A DNA stretch of 63,677 nucleotides, the filler included, from Craspedostauros australis (taxonomy: Eukaryota): the NCBI GenBank assembly GCA_030167865.1. It is 6 parts of 6 records of this genome, joined end to end, with 100 filler letters (N's around TTAATTAATTAA, not from the genome) between each part and the next. Parts side by side here need not be neighbours in the genome. Positions count along the whole stretch, not along the records: positions 1 to 19,028 come from JALAGF010002795.1; 5 more parts are not named here. One strand, given 5' to 3'. Positions 1-13,130 of this stretch are shown piece by piece. The notes under the pieces were generated by a model. That model saw only the letters and a program-made list of their open reading frames with translations, made no database searches and had not been told where the DNA came from. Positions within the stretch are counted from its first letter, which is position 1; every line of letters starts with the position of its first letter. Position numbers and translations under genes: made by a program.

Positions 1-225
1 CACGCTGCGATGATGTGATGCTGCGATGTTGGGATGCTGTGATGCTGCGATCTTGCAATGCTGTGACGCTGTGATGTTGGGATGATGTGATGCCGTGATG
101 CTGTGATGCTGCGATGTTGTGAACCTGCGATGCTACAATATTGTGATGTTACAATGTTGCGATGTTGTGATGCAGCCATCCTGTGATGTTGCGATGCTGT
201 GATGCTCACATGATGCGATGCTCGT
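1..225. repeat. Degenerate 8-bp minisatellite (consensus GATGYTGY)
   Basis: Head-to-tail variants gatgctgc/gatgttgg/gatgctgt/gacgctgt/gatgccgt/gatgttgc run from the window start to about 225. Confidence 0.8.
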
Positions 226-1818
226 TGCACGGTAAGAGAAGCAGNCACCACAACCCGCAAGCAGCACATTGGTAGCAAGAGGCATGCTGATACGTAACAA
301 CAAAGGCATGACGTGTGGGTGTTGGCAAGGAAGCGGATTCGAAAAACGGAAATGCGACCTCGCCAATTTGGCGATTCGCGTCTCGCCAATGGAATGAGCT
401 ACAGTCCCGCAGCTCAAAATCGATTCACGAGTACTTAGGCAACTATATCAACCTAAAGACAGTAACAGACATATAAATGTGATAGCATGGTTGGAAAGAG
501 GAGCTCGAGAAGATCAATAATGTGTAAAGAAAAGAGGTTCCCACTCGTAGGCGTTGGGGTCAAAAGTTTGAATAACTGATTTCGATTTGTTTATCGCCCA
601 ATTATTGGGCGATAGGTCGTAAAGGGATATGCTCCTCCGAATCCTTACGTTACAGCTAATCTCGATTCCATTGTCAGCCATGCCAGCTAGCAACTCCACA
701 CGACAGGAACAAGGAGATCCGCCCTGCTTCAACATGAGCAGGGAATCCAACTACAATTCCCGTCGCTCGACAACCCGTGTTCTCAGCTACACCTCAATCA
801 AGATGTCAAGACTTTGTACTCGAACGTAGAACAACGACGACAGATAGTGGAGAAAGAGAGAAAGAGAGGGCTTGTCCGTTCTCAGCACTGAGCCTCTGAT
901 GCTCAGTGCAGAGCCGCACTATCCAACTGAACATCGTTTCTTCATCCTACATCTCAAACCGATCAACTCACAATGTAGACTATTGAAAATAACAAATAGC
1001 ACAACTCAAGATCAGAACAACCATTCTCATCTACTCATTGTCACCCATTACTATTACCCAGACGGCTCATCCTCGTTAACTGCATCATCAGCTTCACCAA
1101 GTCTGACGGTTAGCAAGGCCTTCCCTTCCGGACCGTGTCCCACCAGCACACGAAAATCCAACTAAAGTCATGTTGTCCCATAAAAAAATCGGCAGGAACG
1201 TACGTGCGAACCCTGAATGGGGTCGGATGGATATTTGACAGTTGGTGGAAAGGAAGTGACAGTTCGCATCCCGTTTGCTTCGTCGAACCACTCCACTTCG
1301 AGTTCACAATCCGATGTTATGTCTGTCGGTCATCCGATTCTCTGTTTCGTCATTTGTTGCTTCGCCGCACCATGTGGGACGTTATTGGAAGGTTATTGGA
1401 TATTTTAATTGAGAACTGCATGACGATTTCAAACAGAACACACAGACACTCACCGTGCACGCTGGTGCTGGCCAGTGATGGTGTTTGGCTTCACATTTCT
1501 CTGTGTGTCAGCTTCCTTTGTTTGTCCAGAGTTCGCGCGCGTCCTGTGCGAGTACGTGGACCTGTCCAAGTGTTGCTGATTGCGTGTACAAGCAATAGCA
1601 TGTGCGTGTATCGTAGGTCGTACCAAACCTGACAACATCTTCTGCTGTGCTTGAACCGAATCGAACAGGACACAAAACGAACACACCAGATTTGCTTCTG
1701 TGACATCCTCATTTCACTTTCGACAAGCTCACGAAACACACTGCTCCGCCGTACAGCACTCGACAACATCACACAACGTTCAATAGACAACGTACAACGT
1801 GCAGCACACTATTCCAGA

Positions 1819-2277
1819 ATGCTGACAGGAACGATGATCACACGAACCATCGCACTCATGTGCCTCCTGGTTGCCTCAGGTGCAGAAACGGCGCCTCAGA
1901 CGGTCAGCAATGCCAAGGATGCCGCTGCCAGCCCAGCAGGTACCCCTGCCAACGCCAACAAGAAGGGAAGGCGCATCGTCGGAACAAGGACGAAGGCCAA
2001 GCCCCAGCACGCCGATCGAGGTAGCAACCGTGACTACATCCTTTCGCACCACAAGTCCGCCTCACCCGATGCTCACACAACCGAACACGGCAACACGGAG
2101 GTGTCGGAAGAGGCCGAGATCGCAACGAATGAGGATGACATGCATACGCTGTATCGATTTGGATTCGGGTCCAACCTCAAGCTGCAGCAGATCAACAAGG
2201 TGCAGCACTGTGATTACAACAATCCGAAAACGCTGGAATTCTGCCCACCCATGATCGATCCAAGAATACAGCACTAG
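1819..2277 (+). CDS. Small predicted secreted protein, unknown function (152 aa)
   Basis: ATG at 1819 within ORF 1651-2277. The N-terminus MLTGTMITRTIALMCLLVASGA-ET resembles a signal peptide. Basic and acidic low-complexity middle, C-terminus with two Cys. A (TGTGA)n tract follows the stop. Confidence 0.55.
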   Translation: MLTGTMITRTIALMCLLVASGAETAPQTVSNAKDAAASPAGTPANANKKGRRIVGTRTKAKPQHADRGSNRDYILSHHKSASPDAHTTEHGNTEVSEEAEIATNEDDMHTLYRFGFGSNLKLQQINKVQHCDYNNPKTLEFCPPMIDPRIQH

Positions 2278-3995
2278 CAGTGAGGAGCATTGCGATGCGG
2301 GGCGGTGTGATGTGATGTGATGTGATGTGGTCGTACTGGTATCATGCTGATATCATGTTGGGAGGATCGAGTCGATTTGGGTTGATAGGATCACCACAGC
2401 TCGCACACTACGAGATAGAGTACACCTTTCAACTCGACGGAACAAAGTAGCACCACGGAGTAGCATCACATGGGCACAAGCGCCATGCGACAGTCGCATG
2501 AGCGGCGATGAGGAGCACACGATTCAAACTCGCGAATTCGGAGGCGTGAGAAAATGCTGCGGAAGCCGGAGCAATCGTGCGAGCGAGGAATGCCAGAGGG
2601 GAAAGCAATCTCGCATGCGTGAAGCCAAGCATCGGTGCATGCTCAGCTGCCTGCGTGCCTGGTACTATTGGTATGGCACGAGTAGAATCGGCAAAGCGCC
2701 CAAAATACTTGTATGTAAAAACACTCTGTATGGTAGAGAGACCAACCAACAGCAACCCTTGACTTCATTTTTTCATTTGCCACACATGCTCTCTCTCGTA
2801 GGTCGTACAAGCAGCATCGTCTCCTGTCTTCACGCGCATAGGACATCACAGTAGAACATGGCCCTCCAATACTATTCTACCACAATCTGAAAAGCTTGGA
2901 GAAATTCTTCACATCGCTCTCTCTCTCAACCTCAAGAGAGATGAATGAGGGGGTGAGGGAATGAGCAGCCAACACGTTGCCTCCGCGGATGCAGTTCATG
3001 GAGTAATCGTGCGGTGCATAGTTCATGCACGCCACACACGCTCTCTTTGTCTCTTCCTTTCTCCCTTACTCCTTCCACAAGGCTGCTTGTACCGGAACCA
3101 TGGGCGTCAGAAAGGGACGGAGATGAGCAATCTGATTCGTCTTCGTTGTGAGCGGCCGTTGACGTCCACTCTCTGCAACAGCTCAATTCGTTTCTCTGTC
3201 CGGCGTGCTTCTCGTCACGGAACATGCCTGTCTCTGTCTGCGTTTGGTCCTCAACCACATCACAACCACGAACAGAGAGAACACAGCCACGAAACAAGAC
3301 GCATCACGGGTAATCACCTCTTCCAGCTTCACAACACATCGCCTCCGTGTTCTGACACCACATCATTTGCCCCTGGTTAAGTACTCCTATTCACGCATGT
3401 TGCATCGTGTCAAGTCCAAGCGACACGGACAAAGTCAGCAACGCGAGCGAAATCCTCACAAACAAGCTCCATGTCAACCCTGCCACAACTTGGATCGGTC
3501 ACTACACATCCTAACCATCAGACAAACGATCACAAATTCAATGTGTTCGGGTGCTGGTCGGTGCGCGCAAAACGCCAGTCGGATCTTGTCAACGGAAGCA
3601 CATGCATCCGCCAAATCATCGCACAAACTTGTTCCTCCTCACATTTCCAGACCACCCAATTGGACCATGAACGAGCCTTCGCGCTCATGCTGAAATCTTG
3701 ATGCTTTGCTCTTCTTTGGCGCACGACATGTCTGTGTGGTATTGTCATCTTGTGCTCAATTATAATACTATACTTGCACGAATACTTGCACTTGCGGTTG
3801 TACTTTACTGGTAGTGGTGCTTGTGCAAATGCAATACTATCACTTACTGTACAAAACATACTAATAGGACGATCGTTTCGTCTTGAAGTGAATGTGACCG
3901 AAACGATATCAAACTCTCCACCTACCCATTACCGATCACCCATCATGCACCATCACGCACCATCACATACCATCAATCAGCATGTTGTGCTCTCT

Positions 3996-6900
3996 TCAAA
4001 ACGACGCCATGGTTGCGGAATCCCACCGATAATTGCTGTTCGGATCAGAACTCATGATGCTGCCATCGACAGTGCCAGTGCCGTCGGAACGAACGGACAT
4101 ATTGTCACAATCGTTCGAGGTGTCGACAAAATGAGGATAAGGCTTGGCCGTCCGTGTCATCAGGACGGTCCGCATCTTGCTTAAAGGACCTGGAATTGGC
4201 GTGACGGCGGATACCGCTGCTGCTGATGCTGTGATTGTTCGGAGCTTGGCGCTGTCATCGTCTGCATTACCGTCGTGGGAAGTGCGTCCATGGCTGTGCG
4301 CCAACGAGGCATGGTCATCTGCGACTGACGAGGGAGACGGGAATTGAGGTGTTATCGCAGCCCCTGGAGCGCCTGAAAATGAAGCATTTGGCTTTTGCGG
4401 CGATTCGATGGATTGCCTTGCCGTGGCTGTGGCCAGTGGCGACTTTGTGGCCGGATCCATTGGATGAAGTTGTTGCATCTGCTTGCTGACGGTTGGAGGT
4501 TTGTTCTCCTGTTGTGACAGTCCGCTCGTTGAGGCAGGCACCGACATTTCACCGCTTGTGCAGCTCCTCAGTGGATCGCCGCTCGTGTTGGTGGACGGGC
4601 TGCGTGCCGAATCGATGCTGTCGGTACTGGCGTGGACGTCGTCCATGCTGCCGAGCAGATCTCCTGGAGCGATCCGCGATCGATCTGGAGATGCATCGAT
4701 CATCAGCGAAGCCTCGACTTGCGGCGACGGCAAGAGGGATGCAAATGAGCTTGAATCGCTGATGGAATCATCAAGATCGACCGGGCCATCTCCTCGACGT
4801 CCACCGGTGCTCACGACGTTGCTGACACCCAGCATCATGAATCGAGGTGGGACGGGTCGAGATGTTGATCGGACTCGGATCTTCATTTCTTTCTGCATGT
4901 GGGTCTCTTCATCCTCCTTCACCTTAGCGTCGACATGGCTGGTGTCGAAATCGAGCTCTCGGCCGCCGTTTGGCGCTTGCTTGCTGGTGGCCGAAAAGTT
5001 GGACAAATACTGGCGCTTCTTTGATTCAAGGCTGGCTGCAGGGGCTCTTCCTATCCCTCCTCTTCCTGTTGCTGCTGATGCTGCTGCTGCTGCTGCTTCT
5101 CGTACACTGTTGCCTGGTGTGGCGATCATGGGAGACTGGACACCATTCCTCTTTGCGTTTGATTTTTTGGCAGTCGGGAGATTGTGCTGGTTCATAGCAG
5201 CAGCAGCAGCGCCGTACTGGCCGTCACCACTCGTGCTCTTCGCCGGCGTGGTTTCCGCCACGTCGCCGACCTTCTTCTCTTCGCCGCGATCGTTCCAAAG
5301 ATCATGGAATGCCTGCCTTGCGCTTTCCGTCATCATGGTATTTGTCGTCGAATCCAGATTCAGAATACGGGAGACTCCGTGATCGCTCACCAAGCTGGTG
5401 TTGTCGTCGGCATCTATGTACCTATCAGCAGCATCATTGCGTACCACGCGTTCGTCGTGACCATTGAAATATGTCATGGATGGAGTCGTGACCGAACTGC
5501 TGGCTGATGGGGGGTGCGCATATCGCTGCTGCTGCTGCTGCTGCTGCTGGGATTGCCTGTTTCGGCGGCGCTGGCCGTGCTGATGATTGGGCGCCGTGTT
5601 CACGCCCAACCGACCAGCAGCTTCATGACGATTGCGAGAATGCGGGCCATCTGTGTTGCCAGTTGAGCCGTCACCAGTCTCGAGATCGGCGGACATGTCC
5701 TGTGCGTCGCTTTCATCGCTGTCGTCGTCTCTGCCAAAGTGAGTTTGGAGCTGAGACATGATGCTCCAAACAGGAGAGATCTTGGGAGTGCTCTCGTCAG
5801 AGCTGGACTTGAGATCATCGTGACTATCGTGGCCGCTTCTTCCGTTCATGTCGATGGTCCTGCTCTCCCTGGAATAACTGGCACCAATACCGATGCCAAT
5901 GTTAGTGTCGTCATTCATATCTGTACCGGCATCGTTGTTGTTGTCGTCGTCGTCGTCGTCGCCGTCGGCATATGCGTCCATTTCAACATCGTCGCCGTAG
6001 TGATACGCATTCAATCTTTTTGGCTGCGTCGTCTTCCCTTCGTGCGCGTTGATGGAATGCAGCAACGAAGGTGCAAGCGACAGCGATGTGTCATCTTCCA
6101 GAACCATGCTCGAGATGGTGGTAACGCCGCCGCCTCCCGCTCTTCCGTAGCTGTAGAGGGAAGCGCTCGTAATGCTGTGACTATCCATGTCGTCGCTGTC
6201 CACAAACTCTTCACCCTCGTATCCTGGAGAATGGGGATTGGCACTGCCCCGAACACCATCGGCGTTGAGGTACGTGAGCCCATCAAACCCGTTCGGGTGA
6301 CGGTCGATATCTTCCGCAGCCGTCCGTTTCTTGCGTCCCCAGCGCCGGTTGTTCGCGCTAGCGATGGTGCCGTTGCTATGGTTGCTGCCATCGCCGCCTC
6401 TTGTTGCGCGCTTCGGCGTCTTGTTGGATGACATGGAGTCGCTCCCACGCGATTTGAGAATATCGGTGGCACCGTTTCCACTTCCACGGCCATCGCCATG
6501 TTCGTTGTCATTTCCGTAAGAGCGTGCCAACGATCTGGACTTGTTCGCAGCCTGGTTGGCCCTGCCACGGCGTCTGCTGTTGGGCCCGATCTTCCTCAAC
6601 GAACAAATGAGCCAAATGCACGTGATGCAGATGGCACCGATGACCATTCCGACCGAGCCAACGATGGCAAGGATCGACGTGCTGCTCCATGTGACATCGC
6701 CGAGCACGCCGTCGTCGGAGGATGATTTGCTGCCGTCACCCGGCGTTCCTCCACGGCCTCCATTTTCACCACCTGAGTTCCCGTTGCCGCCCTGCTGGGA
6801 TGGCGGAGCCACGTCCTTGCCGGTCCCGGCTCTCCATTCGACGCTGGCGATGCGCTGGAGGCCTTCATCCTTCGAGAGCTTGAGCCGGAGCATGTAGAGC

Positions 6901-8098
6901 TCCAGGGCATCTCCATGAAATGCCTCCTTCATCGTGCTGTCCAGTTCCTCCCGGGTGATGACCACCTGGGCCGCGACGAAGATGGTGATGCCTGAGACTG
7001 CCTCGTACAGCGTCGGTAGCGGATTGATGGACAGGTGGGTTGAAGCGAGGACCAGCTCGACGTCTTCGACTGATGGTTTCGACGAACTGCCTGTCTTGAC
7101 CTGGATGGTAACTTCGCCGTCGCCGTCGCCATCGCCGTCTCCCTGATCTGCACCGGAACCTGTGAAGTGATAAATCTTGGCCTTCAAAGTCTCCACGATG
7201 TGTTGGTACGTAACGTCGAAGAGCTCCGTTCGATCGAGCACAAGCCCGGCATTGATTGCTTCTCCATCAGCTCCCACTTTCTGGTCGCTGAACTGCATGA
7301 TGAGTGTGAATGGCGTAAATTCTCTCGTTCTCTCGGTAAGGGAGTCTTCGATGTCGCCAGCCGAGGAGGCTGATGTGATACAAAAGTGAGAATGCAGTGA
7401 GAGACATGAGCCGGAATATGCAGAAAACAAAGACTGGTGAGGTTTGTGCAGCTGTTGCGAGTGGCAATGAGCAATTGGCAAATAGTCATCGACGAATAGG
7501 CAGCGAAGGCCAGTTCTACATCAAGAGGCATTCCATATGTAGTACGAGAGTATCATGGAATGCTGAGTGGTTGGACAATGGTGACACAGTGTGACACAGA
7601 ATGATGCAGGATGACACAGAATGAATGAAGATGAATGAGGAACAACTTACCCGAGAGTGCGCGATCAGCTGTCACCGCGTCGGAATGATACGACGTGCTG
7701 GCAACGTTTCTGCCATCACCAATTCCATCCCCATGCATCTTCCACCACAGGAAGCATGGCTCCAAGGAATCTGGGAGGGTCGAGATCTGTTCGTCCGTGA
7801 AGGTGAGAGCATCGGCTGGTCCACAGATATCCTGCGGCGGCGAGGCAGGGTCGAGATCTTCGACGTTCCACCTGTATGTCGTGGGATCGCATGAGATAGT
7901 GCGGTCTGCGTACAGTTGTGGGTATCTGCAGTGGTAGACATCGTCCGAAACGCTGATGCTTTCAGTTGCCAGACGTGTTGCCGACGTTGCTGCGGATGTT
8001 GCCGTTGACGAATCGCTTGCGAAGCAGATCGCCGGCCCGATCAAGGCCAGCAGGGGCAGCAGCAGCCTGGATGTTGCTGCGAAGGCTGTTGACCTCAT
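3996..8098 (-). CDS. Type I single-pass membrane protein with long disordered cytoplasmic tail
   Basis: Exon 1 is 8098-7651 (MRSTAFAATSRLLLPLLALIGPAICFA, signal peptide). A phase-1 intron 7650-7370 (GTAAGT...CATCAG) joins in frame to the 1161-aa ORF. Hydrophobic segment ILAIVGSVGMVIGAICITCIWLICSL is followed by RK and ~870 aa rich in S/D/G/Q. Confidence 0.75.
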
Positions 8099-10404
8099 TT
8101 TCGTTGCTGGGTCCTTCACTTTGGTACGACTATCGATGGATTGTCTCCTTGCTTCAGTGTGCTCGTGATGGTGCAGGTGGTGATGCGAGTGCTCCGCGGT
8201 GCGAAGATGGATTGCACTTGAGTGGAGTTGCCTCTTGATGCTGTTGGTGGGAGTGGAGATATGTGAACGGAGCAGAGTAAACTACTAATATAGCAGTGTC
8301 TCGAAGAATATGTCAGCCTTGCCTTTCTTAATCTCTCCTTATCTCTCGTTGTGTCTGGCTGTGGCTGGCTTTGACTTATGTGGTATGTCTGCAAGTTGTT
8401 TTGCAAAGCTGTTCTGCAAACTGCACCCACTTGCCTCGATAATCTCTCAATGATCAGTCAATGATCTCTCAATGATCAGTCAATGATGAGTCGCTGATCA
8501 GTCGATCGCTTGTTATTGTGATGAACTGACGATGTGACCAATTCGTAAAATGGGGTGCAGTAGTTGATGCTGAATCGAGCAGATGACTGTAAACCAGAAT
8601 GGACCACCAGTGATCGGCAGAATAATGGAGTAACGACAGCACAGAGGTCGGTGGCAGCAACAAGAGGACTGGTTGAGAGGCAGTACCAATGGAGCATTGG
8701 CAGAGTGTTGGTTGAGTAGTTGTAGCAACCAGAGGGTGGCATCAGATGGACTGCGAAGTGATGGCGATGTCGATCGCGATCGCGACGGTGATGATACGAT
8801 GATGAGATGATGAAATGATGAGATGGTGCGCGCAGTAGGCATGGTACAAAGGTACTCTGTTGATCCTCGGATGGCACCTCCACAGAACACAGCAGAACAC
8901 GACAAGGATGCAACTACCACCATTCAACAACCAAGCGGCACAGCGCCAAACGAGTCTGCAGAACAATCGCGGGATGCGGTGCGGGGGAAAGCGCACATGG
9001 AATGCAAATCCGCAGATCGGCAATGGCGATGTTGCTACCAACTTGGTTTCAAATTTGTTGATGTCACAACGTCACGCTCGTCGAGGGTGGTGGCTTGCGC
9101 CGAATCCCGCCGCAAATACAACATCGCATTGTCGGCGCCTGTCCGTTCTGCATTTGTTCTTGTTTCAAAATGTGACAATTTTTGTCACCGTTGCAGACGC
9201 GTGTCGCCGAAGTGAAGACGAATTTTGGCATGCTGTTAACGCCAGACGTTAACTATGACTAATTTGCTCTTGTCCGACAGATTTCGTCATTTTACGAATG
9301 TGCCTTTCGCGCTTGCATTCATGGACCAATCAGACTTGTTCTAAAGATACATTTGGGACTATCTAACAGCCGACAAGAACAAAAAGGAATGTCAAATCAG
9401 GATCAACTACCTCAATAGTAACTCGGATACTCTAGACCGAGAAATGGCGCCACCATTTCCAATCCACGATTTCAACACAAACAAAGAACGCCATCCTCGG
9501 CTGAACAGCCCCGTACAAAACATGTCCAAGTTGCCACATCGAACCTTCATTTCAGGCTGGCGCGGTTGCTTGACATAATCAAACTTCAACAACGGATCGA
9601 ATTCAAGAACGCGAATCGAGTCCCCCATTCGGATTCGTTAGAGGCATTTCTCACAAACGCATCACCATGCGCCACCACACGCACGATCGACAATGACGAC
9701 CACAACGCAGCCGCGTGGCCGGTCGTTGAAGCCGCCATGGTCGCAGGTGTGCCGCGGGTCTGGATCATCGCAGGTGATGAAGAATTGAAGCATCGTGGGA
9801 ACTGCCACGATTGTTTTCGCGCTTCGATGGCTTTCCATTTCCGTCTTTCATGGGTGTGGTCACGGCTTTTCCGCGCTCGCTCTGCCTCTGCCTCTCTCCA
9901 TCCTTCCCACTACTTACGAACACGAGCAGTCGTATCCACAACTGCCAAGTCCGCCTCTCCGCCCCTGCGTACAGGAAGGAAGGAGACGGAGATGCGAGGA
10001 GAACCTGCGGCACCTTCTCGAGTCACGCTTGATGTCCAAGGTGCCGTTCAAACCCAAAGAGACAGCAGTGCGCCTCCTCCTCCTCTCGTTCTGGCAAAGC
10101 CCCATGCAGTCCTTCATCCTTCGCGTCTCCATCCACACACGTCAGACACAACACGCGTATCCACCAAGAGAGGCCAATGATTGCTCCGCTCGTCCGTTCA
10201 TCCGCTCGCCCGCTTTGCCCCCACGATCAAAGATCTTCTCTCCCTCCATTTCCTGCGAGGACTGTTTGGTGTTGCCCCTCCTGTCTCGGTGTCGTTCATT
10301 TAGTATAATACGACTACAATGCGTTGGCTGAACACGAAGCAGCATTCTGCCATGGTTCGTTGAATATCATAGAATATAATACGATACATCACAAACGACA
10401 CCAA

Positions 10405-10468
10405 TCAACAACCAGTCCAGCAGTCCAGTAGCCCAGCAGTCCAACAGTCCACAAGTCCAACAGTCAAC
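10405..10468. repeat. Degenerate 8-bp tandem repeat (CAGTCCAR)n
   Basis: ccagtccagcagtccagtagcccagcagtccaacagtccacaagtccaacagtcaaca, immediately upstream of the RING gene ATG. Confidence 0.65.
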
Positions 10469-12106
10469 ATGGGATCTTGGAGTGATGTCGGTCCGAATAG
10501 AAACACGCGCGCGAAGCATGATGCGGCAGCAGCACCACGGCCTCTGGCTACTATCATCGACAACGGCAATACCCACCGCAATACCCACCGCAGCAACCAG
10601 ATCGGGAGGAAAGGCACGAATGGCGACACCATTCCCATGATGAACGCATCGACTTGCCGTGCTCGTCGAAGTGTGAGCAACAACGATGACGGCAGCGATG
10701 ATCACAGCACCAATCAACCGCGTGACGATGTCCCTCACGGTCACCTTCGGTTCAATGCGGACCATGCAGAAGAGCGATCCGCCAATGAGCAGGCCGGACA
10801 TGGCGACGATGGGTCAGGCAGGATGGATCGTCTAGCGTCATCTCCAGGCAGCGACACAGAGTCCGACGGAGGGCCGCAGTTGAGCGCTCGGCGACCACCC
10901 GCAGAAGAACAGATGCGACGGCGGCATCGATGGTCGTTCCGGAAGTACTTCGAAAGGAGACCAAGCGGGCAAACCAGAACATCAGAAGCAGCAGCACCAC
11001 TACCACCATCGTCATTGTCATCGTTATCATCGTCATTGTCGTCCTCAGAACAACAACAACAGCAGCAGTCACGATCAAGATGGAGTACTTCTGGTATCAG
11101 CACTGTCGCTCGGGCCGTCCGACGAGTTGCAAGCATTGCCTCGTCTCAGAACCCCACCAACCCAAACCCCGAGAACCGTTCGCGGTCCACGATATTGACG
11201 AAGCGAGAGCAAAAGCGCGTTGACAAGCTGACCGAAGAGATGTCGATGATGTTGAACCAGCTGATCCACTTGCGAATCAACGACATCCCCCAAACCGTCG
11301 ACCCAATCGCGTGCGTCATTTGTGCCGAAGACCTGCAACCAAAGGACGTCGTGACCAAACTTCCCTGCGGTCATCTGTATCACTCCAGGTGCATCCTTCG
11401 ATGGTTCTTGCATTCCGGCAAGCGCGATCGGACAGTTATCCATCGAGTTCGGCAACAACAGTTGGAGCAGCAACGGCAAGCGACACTGGAGCATCCCCAG
11501 CCAGAGGCGCAATCGCGATCGCATCGTGCGCGGTTGCTGCAATTGCTCACGCCAAATGCAGCCCGTGCTCGTACCAACAGCACTGCCGCGTCACAACTAG
11601 ATGATCGCACTTCGACGTCGGCCTTGACGGACGCAGCTGCTGATGTCACCACCGCGCAGAGAGACCAGAATGACAATCGCAGTGGTCGAACTGCAGGCAG
11701 CCTGCGCGCAAGCTTCATCCAGAGGCAGCGTTGCACCTATGGATGGACCTGCCCCACTTGTCGTTATCCGATGACCTGCCACAGCGTGTCGAGCCAAACG
11801 TCTCTGATCAATGCAAATGCAAATGCGTTGGCAGATCGAGGCGCGGCAGGTGCAGCGAGGGTTCAGCAAGCGACAACGACGACAACGACGACAACAACGA
11901 CAACAACTGGAAATGCAGATGGAGATGCAAGTTCCGACGCCAACACAGAAAGCACGGCATCCTCTCCATCATCTCCGCTGTCTCCGTCCTCGATGGCCCC
12001 AATTACGAGCGTGTATGCCTGGTGCGGTTCGGATGCCATTTGCCTTCGGCTGGAGAAGCGGGTCAGCACGATGTCTCCGCCACGAGAACAAGAGCGTGAA
12101 CAGTAA
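10469..12106 (+). CDS. RING-H2 zinc-finger protein (putative E3 ubiquitin ligase) with very long insertion in the RING
   Basis: 545-aa ORF containing CVICAEDLQPKDVVTKLPCGHLYHSRCILRWF and a distant WTCPTCRY, i.e. the C3H2C3 ligand set. Start codon uncertain (several upstream Met). Confidence 0.8.
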   Translation: MGSWSDVGPNRNTRAKHDAAAAPRPLATIIDNGNTHRNTHRSNQIGRKGTNGDTIPMMNASTCRARRSVSNNDDGSDDHSTNQPRDDVPHGHLRFNADHAEERSANEQAGHGDDGSGRMDRLASSPGSDTESDGGPQLSARRPPAEEQMRRRHRWSFRKYFERRPSGQTRTSEAAAPLPPSSLSSLSSSLSSSEQQQQQQSRSRWSTSGISTVARAVRRVASIASSQNPTNPNPENRSRSTILTKREQKRVDKLTEEMSMMLNQLIHLRINDIPQTVDPIACVICAEDLQPKDVVTKLPCGHLYHSRCILRWFLHSGKRDRTVIHRVRQQQLEQQRQATLEHPQPEAQSRSHRARLLQLLTPNAARARTNSTAASQLDDRTSTSALTDAAADVTTAQRDQNDNRSGRTAGSLRASFIQRQRCTYGWTCPTCRYPMTCHSVSSQTSLINANANALADRGAAGAARVQQATTTTTTTTTTTTGNADGDASSDANTESTASSPSSPLSPSSMAPITSVYAWCGSDAICLRLEKRVSTMSPPREQEREQ

Positions 12107-13090
12107 CAAATGAGATGCCGTGACGAATCCAAAGCACGCTCTGCGACGCTCTCTCTGTCTCCAGAGAGACCATTGTAGGTACGAAATGCAAAGCTGCTGC
12201 TCTTGTCCCACACAGAGTACGTCTCTGCAAAGAGGGCGCTCACGTGACCGGGAGCTCACACGAACAACAAACCGGATCAGGCAAGCGCACCCATTTTGAA
12301 GGCGCTACCGGCCTATTCACAGGCACTGGCCCAACCGTCTCGGCGTCTCCAATCGTGCGAGCCTTGGCGGTGTCCAGGCTGAAAAAAAAAAAAACGGAGC
12401 ACGAACCACAGCTGCTTGTTCGGAGCGATTCGGCGATGGGGAGTATCATCGCCCATGTGACTTTTCGTCCCGACCAACCACAGCGCTTCCCTCATGTTCC
12501 TGCGACAGAAGGCAGAACAGGGGCGAGAGAGAATCTTTCTTGGCAACCCACCGGTGTCGGTACAACGTGCAAGTCCACAGAAAGCGGGAAAGCTGCTTGG
12601 CGGAGCGGATGTTCGGAGCCTTGGGGTTCGCATGTTTGGCCCTTCGCGCATCGCAGATGGCGCAGAGGGACACAAAGAGAGGCAGAGGAGAAGGATGGGG
12701 AGGCTTCACACCACCTGCTCAGCATCACAGTAGTAGATCGCAGCACACCCACATGACGCCACACCACACCACAAGACAACAGCAAGATCGTGGCACAGAC
12801 CACACTGGAGAAACGAGAGGCAACAAAAGAGGAAGGACGACGATGCACCCCAGTGCTCCTGCTCATTTGCCAACAACTCTCAACAACGCATGGTCTCCAC
12901 TGGACGTCGCTACTCACAACTCATACGTGTAGATCGTCCCCCAGAGAGGGATTGCATCAACACGAGCTGTTGCACCATAGTCGTACACGTTGCCAATACA
13001 TCGTCGGGCACAGAGAGCGCAGTCATTGGGCACTTATCTCGCTCTTCGCAGCATCAGCCGAGTGGAGCACTCGCACTCACACACGCCCAC

Positions 13091-13130
13091 CATACCATAC
13101 CATACCATACCATACCATACCATACCATAC
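13091..13130. repeat. (CATAC)8 microsatellite
   Basis: Perfect pentanucleotide run about 250 bp upstream of the 7TM gene. Confidence 0.95.

Noticed and set aside
1..225. Possible telomeric or CRISPR repeat
   Set aside because: Units are degenerate 8-mers without spacers and are not TTAGGG-like.
8380..9205. Possible short TIR pair (GTCTGCAA...TTGCAGAC) around a block with a 22-bp tandem duplication at 8443-8486
   Set aside because: Only about 8 bp of inverted match and no target-site duplication; insufficient to call an element.
9566..10331. ORFs of 178-204 aa upstream of the RING gene
   Set aside because: Non-ATG starts, no motifs, composition like promoter/5' UTR sequence.
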